From positions 40,271 through 104,270 of the forward strand of contig DYGT01000002.1 in the NCBI GenBank assembly GCA_020724555.1: a stretch of DNA of 64,000 nt, read 5' to 3'. Both the position numbers and the translations under genes were made by a program. Shown here piece by piece: positions 57,417 to 64,000 of this stretch (positions are counted from its first letter, which is position 1; each line of letters begins with the position of its first letter). The DNA is from Candidatus Microgenomatus sp. GTDB lineage: Bacteria; Patescibacteriota; Microgenomatia; UBA8517. The notes beneath the pieces were generated by a model. It searched no databases. It saw nothing but the letters and a program-made list of their open reading frames with translations, and was not told the origin of the DNA.

Positions 57417-59702
57417 GTGATAAAGATGACTGCTCAAAAACCATTGGTCGCATTTTTTAAAGACTTGGATAAAAACGATATTCCGCTTGTTGGCGGAAAG
57501 GGTGCAAATCTTGGCGAAATGGTAAATGCCGGTTTTCCTGTACCCAATGGCTTTGCCGTAACGGTTGCATCTTATGATTTATTTTTGCAGGAAAACAACC
57601 TCAAAGAGAGAATTAATGAAATATTAAAAAACACTAACCGCAACGACCCCGCCGAGCTCGAAGCCTCTTCCAAACAAATAGAACGCCTGATAATGAAATC
57701 TAGAGTGCCGGATGAAGTGGCAAAAGAAACCATTAAAGCTTACAAAAAACTGTCAGGGAAATTCCGGCGCTCTTTGACGGCTGTTCGATCATCAGCAACC
57801 GCCGAAGATTTACCCGGAGCTTCGTTTGCAGGCCAGCAAGCTACATTTTTAAACGTAAAGGGAGACGCAAACCTTTTGGAATCCATAAAAGGCTGCTGGG
57901 CATCTTTGTTTACCGGCCGCGCCATCTTTTATCGTGAAGAAAATAAAATCGACCATGCCAAAGTTAAAATTTCAGTCATTGTCCAAAAAATGATTCAATC
58001 AGAGGTTTCCGGAGTTATGTTTTCTATTGATCCGGTAACAAATGATAAAGACAGAATAATCGTGGAGGCTGTTTGGGGTTTGGGGGAAATGATAGTCCAA
58101 GGTTCGGTGGTGCCGGATACATACGCCGTGCAAAAAGATACTTACGCTATCTTAAGTAAAGTCATCTCCGACCAAGCCATACAACTTATCAAAAAAGGCA
58201 GCAAAACTATTGAGACAGAAGTCCCCCCAAAACTTCGCGACAAACAAAAAATAAGCGATGAAGAAATCGTCAAACTGGCAAAACTGGCAGCTCGTTTGCA
58301 GGAGCACTACTACTACCCGCAGGATATTGAATGGGCAAAAGAAGGAAAAGAATTATACATTGTCCAGGCCCGTCCGGTGACTACGATCGAGAGCACAGAT
58401 AAAAAAACAAGAGAGCTAAAAGACGGTGAAATTATAACGGCAACTACACCGATTGTTAAGGGCGCAGCAGCAAGCCCGGGAATCGGTACCGGCACTGTGC
58501 GTGTTCTCAAATCGCCGAAAGAAATCGGAAAAGTGAAAAACGGGGACGTTTTGGTTGCCCCCATGACAAGCCCGGATTACGTTCCGGCAATGAAACGGGC
58601 ATCTGCCATAGTAACCGACGAAGGCGGTTTAACATCTCACGCTGCAATTGTTTCCAGGGAACTCGGTGTCCCCTGTATCGTCGGAACCAAAGAAGCCACC
58701 AAAAAATTAAAAGAAAATGTAATTGTTACGGTGGACGGGACAAAAGGAGTAGTGTATTTAGGGGGTAAAGTAAAAGTAGAAAATAATAAGCCCCCTGAAA
58801 AAGAGGAAAGTAAAAAAAGAATTAAAACAGCCACCAATTTGTATGTCAACCTGGCTGAGCCTGAGCGGGCAAAAGAAATATCCAAAGAACATGTTGACGG
58901 TGTTGGGCTTTTGCGGGCAGAATTTATGATTGCTAATATCGGCATTCACCCCAAAGAGGCAATTAAAAATAAAAAGCAGGATCAATTTATTGACAAACTA
59001 TCAGGAAACTTAACTGAATTTTGTAAACATTTCGACCCAAGGCCGGTAGTATACCGGGCTACGGACTTTAAGACCAATGAATACAGAGCCTTGCCTGGCG
59101 GAGAAAAATGGGAGCCGGAAGAGCCCAATCCGCTGATGGGATACCGTGGAGCATACCGCTATATGAACGACCCGGACGTTTTTAATTTAGAAATTCAGGC
59201 TATCAAAAAAGTCAGGGAAAAATACAAAAACTTATGGTTGATGATTCCCTTTGTCCGTTCCCCCCAAGAATTGGCACAAATTAGAAGACTGATTGCCGCA
59301 GAAGGGCTTTTTGACAGCACCACCTTTAAACTGTGGATGATGGTAGAGTTGCCCGTTAATGTCATTTTGCTCAAAGACTTTATAGAAGTGGGTATAGACG
59401 GTGTGTCCATCGGTAGTAACGATTTGACAATGCTTTTATTAGGTACGGACCGCGACAATTCCGAAGTTGCAGAAGCATTTGATGAGCGCTCAAAAGTCGT
59501 CCGATGGGCGCTAAGACGCACAATAAGAACCTGTAATAAATATGGAATAACATCATCAATCTGCGGCCAGGCTCCATCAAGCTACGACGACTTGGTACAA
59601 GACCTGGTCAGATGGGGTACAACAAGTATCTCTGTAAACCCGGACGCTATCTATAGAGTCCGGGATATTATTGCAGAAACAGAAAAGGAGATTATAAAGT
59701 AA
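57417..59702 (+). CDS. ppsA: phosphoenolpyruvate synthase (pyruvate, water dikinase)
   Basis: N-terminal ATP-grasp PLVGGKGANLGEM, phosphohistidine swivel GGLTSHAAIVSRELGVPCIVG, C-terminal PEP-utilising domain; 761 aa. Confidence 0.8.
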   Translation: MIKMTAQKPLVAFFKDLDKNDIPLVGGKGANLGEMVNAGFPVPNGFAVTVASYDLFLQENNLKERINEILKNTNRNDPAELEASSKQIERLIMKSRVPDEVAKETIKAYKKLSGKFRRSLTAVRSSATAEDLPGASFAGQQATFLNVKGDANLLESIKGCWASLFTGRAIFYREENKIDHAKVKISVIVQKMIQSEVSGVMFSIDPVTNDKDRIIVEAVWGLGEMIVQGSVVPDTYAVQKDTYAILSKVISDQAIQLIKKGSKTIETEVPPKLRDKQKISDEEIVKLAKLAARLQEHYYYPQDIEWAKEGKELYIVQARPVTTIESTDKKTRELKDGEIITATTPIVKGAAASPGIGTGTVRVLKSPKEIGKVKNGDVLVAPMTSPDYVPAMKRASAIVTDEGGLTSHAAIVSRELGVPCIVGTKEATKKLKENVIVTVDGTKGVVYLGGKVKVENNKPPEKEESKKRIKTATNLYVNLAEPERAKEISKEHVDGVGLLRAEFMIANIGIHPKEAIKNKKQDQFIDKLSGNLTEFCKHFDPRPVVYRATDFKTNEYRALPGGEKWEPEEPNPLMGYRGAYRYMNDPDVFNLEIQAIKKVREKYKNLWLMIPFVRSPQELAQIRRLIAAEGLFDSTTFKLWMMVELPVNVILLKDFIEVGIDGVSIGSNDLTMLLLGTDRDNSEVAEAFDERSKVVRWALRRTIRTCNKYGITSSICGQAPSSYDDLVQDLVRWGTTSISVNPDAIYRVRDIIAETEKEIIK

Positions 59703-61012
59703 TGGCAGTCATAAAACGGGTCTGGGCAAGAGAAATTCTTGACTCAAGAAGTACGCCCACAGTAGAAGCCGCCGTTATGCTGGACAACGGCGTCGTATCC
59801 GTTTTTTCCGTTCCCTCAGGAGCATCCACCGGCACCCATGAAGCTCTGGAGCTTCGTGACCATGATGAAACACGCTATCGGGGCAAAGGCGTACTCAAAG
59901 CCGTAAACAATATTAACCAAATAATAGGACCTAATTTGATCATGGCTAATCTAGACCCCACACATCAGGAAGAAATTGACAACAAAATGAAGCAAATGGA
60001 CGGAACCGATAACAAATCTCGGCTTGGCGCTAATTCCATCCTTGCCGTATCCGGAGCGGTGTGTAAAGCGGCAGCCATCGCTCAAGGTAAAACTTTATAT
60101 CAATGGATTTATGAAAACGCTACACAAAAAGGCTTGAAGCCTATGATGCACGCTCCTACTCCTTTGTTTAATATGATAAATGGTGGCCTTCATGGGGCGG
60201 GGAATCTTGATTTCCAGGAATTTTTCGTTATCCCTGCCTCCAGCAAAAACTTTGCAGATGGATTGCGATTGGGATCTGAGATTTACATGATGATCGGCCA
60301 AAATCTTGCCCGCCGCGGCGCCATTCATTCGGTTGGGGATGAAGGAGGCTATGCGCCTAACCTTTTTACCAACGCCGATGCCTTGGAAATATTGGTAGAA
60401 GCAATCAGACAGACTAATTACCAAATAGGCAGGGACGTATTTTTAGGGCTTGACGTTGCTGCTAATTCTTTTTATGAAGATGGTGCTTATAAAATCCGCG
60501 ACAAATCCGCCCCTATGAATGAAGCCAGTCTGATAGCCTACTATAAAGAACTAAACAACTTATACCATATGGCGGTTCTTGAGGACCCTTTGCACGAAGA
60601 CGCGTGGGACGGCTGGAACCAATTAACAACCGAGATGGGACAGCAAATTACCATAGTAGGAGACGATCTGATAGTTACAAGCATGAAGAGACTCGAAAAA
60701 GCCATCCAAACCAAAGCTTGCAATGCAATTTTGATTAAACCCAACCAAATAGGCACAATCTCAGAAACTATAGATGTTATCAAGCACTCACGCGAAGCTA
60801 ATTGGAAAATTATCGTCAGCCACCGTTCCGGTGAAACAAATGATACTTTTATAGCGGATTTTGCTGTAGGAGTAGGAGCAGATTATGTTAAATTTGGAGC
60901 CCCTGCAAGAGGAGAGAGGGTAAGTAAATATAACCGCCTAAGCTCAATAGAAATAGAGCTGGCTTACAAAAGCCAGCAACAAACCCCACCACAACCACCG
61001 CCGCAAAATTAA
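59702..61012 (+). CDS. eno: enolase (phosphopyruvate hydratase) with Pro/Gln-rich C-terminal tail
   Basis: IKRVWAREILDSRSTPTVEA N-terminus and SHRSGETND near C-terminus; unusual terminal QQQTPPQPPPQN. Confidence 0.9.
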   Translation: MAVIKRVWAREILDSRSTPTVEAAVMLDNGVVSVFSVPSGASTGTHEALELRDHDETRYRGKGVLKAVNNINQIIGPNLIMANLDPTHQEEIDNKMKQMDGTDNKSRLGANSILAVSGAVCKAAAIAQGKTLYQWIYENATQKGLKPMMHAPTPLFNMINGGLHGAGNLDFQEFFVIPASSKNFADGLRLGSEIYMMIGQNLARRGAIHSVGDEGGYAPNLFTNADALEILVEAIRQTNYQIGRDVFLGLDVAANSFYEDGAYKIRDKSAPMNEASLIAYYKELNNLYHMAVLEDPLHEDAWDGWNQLTTEMGQQITIVGDDLIVTSMKRLEKAIQTKACNAILIKPNQIGTISETIDVIKHSREANWKIIVSHRSGETNDTFIADFAVGVGADYVKFGAPARGERVSKYNRLSSIEIELAYKSQQQTPPQPPPQN

Positions 61013-61032
61013 TTTTAAAGTGTAACCCAGGA

Positions 61033-61662
61033 TTAATTGAGAGTATTAAATTTGCGGATGAGGCCGACGACTTTTCCCTGAATACGGACGTTTTTAACAA
61101 ATATGGGTGCCATGCTTGAATTCGCGGGCTCCAAACGGATACGCGTTGCTTCCTTAAAAAAACGCTTAAGCGTTGCCATACCGTTATCCAAAAGGGCGAC
61201 CACTATTTCACCGTCACGGGCACTTTCCGTTTCCTCGACAACCACAAAATCCCCGTCTCTGATTTGTTCTTCGATCATAGATTCGCCTCTTACCTGGAGA
61301 ACATACACTCTTTTTTTACCGGATACAAACGAAGGGGCAATGCCCATCGATGCATTTGGGTCCGTATGCGGCTCAATGGGCTGACCGGCTGCAATATAAC
61401 CCAAAATCGGCACCTCCATAGGCCGCTCCGAAGTAAAGTCGATGGTGGTATCGACAAGCTCGATGGAGCGGTTTTTACCCGGACGACGCTTAATTAAACC
61501 TTTTCTCTGAAGAGTTTCCAAATGCTCGTGTACCGTTGCCAGGGAAGAAACGTCGATAGCCTCCGCAATTTCACGCAAAGTTGGGGCATAACCGTGCGAC
61601 TGGATGAACTGCTGGATATATTCCAAAATCTGTTTTTGTCGTTTGTAAATTACCAGTGGCAT
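61033..61662 (-). CDS. lexA: LexA repressor (S24 peptidase)
   Basis: N-terminal winged HTH (TLREIAEAIDVSSLATVHEHL), cleavage-site/Ser region VRGESMIE, Lys region LKRF. Confidence 0.85.
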   Translation of the reverse strand: MPLVIYKRQKQILEYIQQFIQSHGYAPTLREIAEAIDVSSLATVHEHLETLQRKGLIKRRPGKNRSIELVDTTIDFTSERPMEVPILGYIAAGQPIEPHTDPNASMGIAPSFVSGKKRVYVLQVRGESMIEEQIRDGDFVVVEETESARDGEIVVALLDNGMATLKRFFKEATRIRLEPANSSMAPIFVKNVRIQGKVVGLIRKFNTLN

Positions 61663-61783
61663 ATTTATAAATGAATTTACTAATAAAACCCGAATGTGTC
61701 AACTACATCTTTTTATAACAAAACTATTTTTACTCCAAAACAAATTTGGTTGCAAGCGGCATTTGGGTAAAATTTGGGTTGGG

Positions 61784-61792
61784 TGATATAAT
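61784..61792 (+). promoter_or_regulatory. extended -10 element TGATATAAT 8 nt upstream of uvrB ATG (possible leaderless or very short leader transcript)
   Basis: TGnTATAAT read at 61784-61792; ATG at 61801. Confidence 0.35.
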
Positions 61793-61800
61793 GATAATTC

Positions 61801-63819
61801 ATGGCAAAATTTAATTTAAAATCAAACTACACACCATTATATGACCAAAAAAGGGCGATATCCGATATTGTTAATAACATCAAAAGCGACGTTGATTATC
61901 AAGTACTTTTGGGTGTAACCGGCTCCGGTAAAACTTTTACCGTGGCAAATGTAATCAACGAACTGAATATGCCTGCGCTTATAATTTCCCACAATAAAAC
62001 GCTGGCAGCGCAACTCTTTCAGGAATTTAGGGACTTTTTTCCTGACAATGCCGTTTCTTATTTCGTCAGTTACTATGATTATTATCAGCCAGAGGCGTAT
62101 ATTCCTCAAACAGATACTTACATCGAAAAAGATTCGGACGTAAACGACCTAATAGACAAACTACGCCTAGCTGCAACGACCAACATTTTGACGAGAAAAG
62201 ACGTAATTGTTGTCGCGTCAGTTTCGGCAATCTATAATATTGGTTCACCCAAACAATACGGTAAATTTATTTTTGAATTTACCCGGGGGATGAAAGTTAC
62301 GCGCGAGCAAATAATTGACAGGCTTTTGGATTTACAGTACGAGCGAGGTGATTTTGGCTTTAATCGAGGTATTTTCAGGGTGCGCGGGGACATGATTGAA
62401 ATTTTTCCGGCCTATCAAGACGAATCCATCCAAATCGAATTAAACGGCAACACCATTACTGATATAAAAATCGTGAACCCCTTAACCGGTGAGGTTGATA
62501 AACAAAAAAACGAAGCTGGTAATTTTGCTCTTTATCCGGCAAAACATTTTGTGACCGATCCTAATGAAAATAAAGACGTATTTGAGCAAATCAATCTTGA
62601 TTTAATAAAAAGGGTGTCAGAGCTTAAATCCGAAGGAAAACATCTGGAGGCACACAGGTTAAAACAAAAAGTAACTTATGATTTGGAAATGATCCAGGAA
62701 GTGGGATATGTAAAAGGCATAGAAAACTATTCGCGCTACTTCGACGGACGGGCACCGGGGGAAGCGCCTTTCAGCTTGCTTGATTATTTTCAGGAAGCTT
62801 ACGGTAAAGACTGGTTGGTTGTGATTGATGAATCTCACATCACATTTCCCCAAATCCGAGGAATGCATGCGGGTGACTTATCGCGCAAAAAAACTCTAGT
62901 TGATTACGGCTTTCGATTGCCTTCCGCCTTTGACAACCGCCCATTGACTTTTCCTGAATTTATGCGCCGAATACCTCGGTTTTTGGCAACAAGTGCTACC
63001 CCTGGGGATTGGGAACTATCTCTGGCAGGCAAATATGTTGTCGAGCAGCTTATGCGGCCAACCGGCATTCCGGACCCGATTGTAGAAATACGACCCACCA
63101 AAAAACAGGTTACAGACGTAATGGGAGAGGTGGAAAAACGCGCCAAAAAAGGACAAAAGAGTTTGATTACGACCCTTACTAAAAAAACAGCAGAGGATTT
63201 AGCAGAATATATGAGTGAAAAGGGTTTAAAAGTCCACTATCTACATTCAGACATTGATACTTTGGATAGAACCGATATTTTGGACGACCTTAGAGGCGGA
63301 AAGTACGATGCTTTAATCGGCATTAATTTACTCCGGGAAGGCTTGGATTTGCCTGAAGTCTCTTTGGTCGCCATCTTGGATGCAGACAAAGAAGGCTTTT
63401 TGCGAAGCGACGTTACCTTGATACAAACCATGGGGCGTGCGGCCAGGCACATTGAAGGGCGAGTAATTATGTATGCTGATACCATAACCGGCTCCATAAA
63501 ACGCGCGCTTGATGAGGTAGAAAGACGCCGTAAATACCAGCGTAAGATGAATAAAAAATATGGCATTACACCCACTCCCATCCTAAAACCCATCCGGAAA
63601 AAACTAATAGAGCGGGATATAGACCCGCTAGCCATTAATGAAAAAAGACAAAAAACAAGTTATAGCAGCTTACCAGAAATAGATATTGCCGCCCTCACTC
63701 CTATGGATAAAAAGAAAATGATTGGGCGTTTAAAGCGTGAAATGCGCCTGGCAGCAACCGATCTAAATTTCGAGCTTGCCATCCAGATCCGAGACAAAAT
63801 CAGGGAGCTGGAGAAGTAA
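61801..63819 (+). CDS. uvrB: excinuclease ABC subunit B
   Basis: Walker A GVTGSGKTFT, helicase motifs, C-terminal UVR domain; divergent from lexA. Confidence 0.9.
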   Translation: MAKFNLKSNYTPLYDQKRAISDIVNNIKSDVDYQVLLGVTGSGKTFTVANVINELNMPALIISHNKTLAAQLFQEFRDFFPDNAVSYFVSYYDYYQPEAYIPQTDTYIEKDSDVNDLIDKLRLAATTNILTRKDVIVVASVSAIYNIGSPKQYGKFIFEFTRGMKVTREQIIDRLLDLQYERGDFGFNRGIFRVRGDMIEIFPAYQDESIQIELNGNTITDIKIVNPLTGEVDKQKNEAGNFALYPAKHFVTDPNENKDVFEQINLDLIKRVSELKSEGKHLEAHRLKQKVTYDLEMIQEVGYVKGIENYSRYFDGRAPGEAPFSLLDYFQEAYGKDWLVVIDESHITFPQIRGMHAGDLSRKKTLVDYGFRLPSAFDNRPLTFPEFMRRIPRFLATSATPGDWELSLAGKYVVEQLMRPTGIPDPIVEIRPTKKQVTDVMGEVEKRAKKGQKSLITTLTKKTAEDLAEYMSEKGLKVHYLHSDIDTLDRTDILDDLRGGKYDALIGINLLREGLDLPEVSLVAILDADKEGFLRSDVTLIQTMGRAARHIEGRVIMYADTITGSIKRALDEVERRRKYQRKMNKKYGITPTPILKPIRKKLIERDIDPLAINEKRQKTSYSSLPEIDIAALTPMDKKKMIGRLKREMRLAATDLNFELAIQIRDKIRELEK

Positions 63820-64000
63820 GCAAGTCGTTTTTCAGTTTATTCCAATCTAATACGGTAATATATTCTCTACTGCTTTCTCGGCTACTGAATGGCTGCCGAT
63901 ATGAATAAGTGCCAATTAACAGTTGTTTTGCCGACATCTCATCTTCAGCTAAACCTTTTAGTACCATCTGCTGCATAATTTCTCCAAACGCACCACTAAC
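63800..64000 (-). CDS. possible 3' end of an unidentified gene running into the window edge (partial)
   Basis: Minus-strand frame open for 66 codons from position 64000 to TGA at 63802-63800 (…IMQQMVLKGLAEDEMSAKQLLIGTYSY…), overlapping uvrB stop by 20 nt; below ORF-track length cutoff from first Met. Confidence 0.25.
   Translation of the reverse strand, partial: VSGAFGEIMQQMVLKGLAEDEMSAKQLLIGTYSYRQPFSSRESSREYITVLDWNKLKNDLLTSPAP

Noticed and set aside
1-64000. CRISPR arrays, prophage/integrase or transposase genes
   Set aside because: No direct-repeat/spacer periodicity seen. No cas-like, integrase or transposase ORF. tRNA genes are not flanked by integrases or direct repeats suggestive of integration.

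Overview
This is an AT-rich, gene-dense bacterial chromosomal segment of about 60 genes, almost all on the + strand. Many genes overlap at start and stop codons or are translationally coupled. The gene content is core housekeeping. The style suggests a small-genome Patescibacteria/CPR-like organism, but that lineage assignment is inference only; the clues are a type-2 (eukaryote-like) IleS, a ClpB lacking its N-domain, a short RecO, a short HolA-like protein, fused Mur ligases and tRNA genes that mostly lack an encoded CCA. Content in order: a large membrane-anchored hypothetical protein, recO and glyQS. Then a remodelled division/cell-wall (dcw) cluster: mraZ-rsmH-ftsL-ftsI-murA-murB-[murE::murC fusion]-murD-ddl-(murF-like and an alpha/beta hydrolase on the minus strand)-mraY-ftsW-murG-ftsQ-ftsA-ftsZ. 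Then ileS, a second SEDS gene (rodA-like), rplU-rpmA, parB, lepB and tRNA-Val. Next is a surface-glycan-type cluster (TMTC-like TPR membrane protein, Wzx-like flippase, GT2, O-antigen-ligase-like protein, Ig-like surface protein). Then tRNA-Thr, tRNA-Gly, a LysM protein, tRNA-Asp, polX, lemA-htpX, clpB, and gatC-gatA-[MFS transporter]-gatB. Then dnaE, rplS, an aberrant tRNA-like gene, ruvC, two small overlapping ORFs, a holA-like gene, pmm/pgm, pgi/pmi, ppsA, eno, and a divergent lexA-uvrB pair. I found no CRISPR array, no transposase or integrase, and no rRNA. The most unusual observations are an in-frame MurE-MurC fusion and a divergently encoded, membrane-anchored MurF-like ligase. Others are a compositionally distinct murA-murB insert inside the dcw cluster and a tRNA-like gene with an oversized anticodon loop next to a perfect 13-bp inverted repeat. 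A GC-rich structured element sits beside tRNA-Gly, and three phased TGGTG repeats in front of mraZ look like a MraZ operator.
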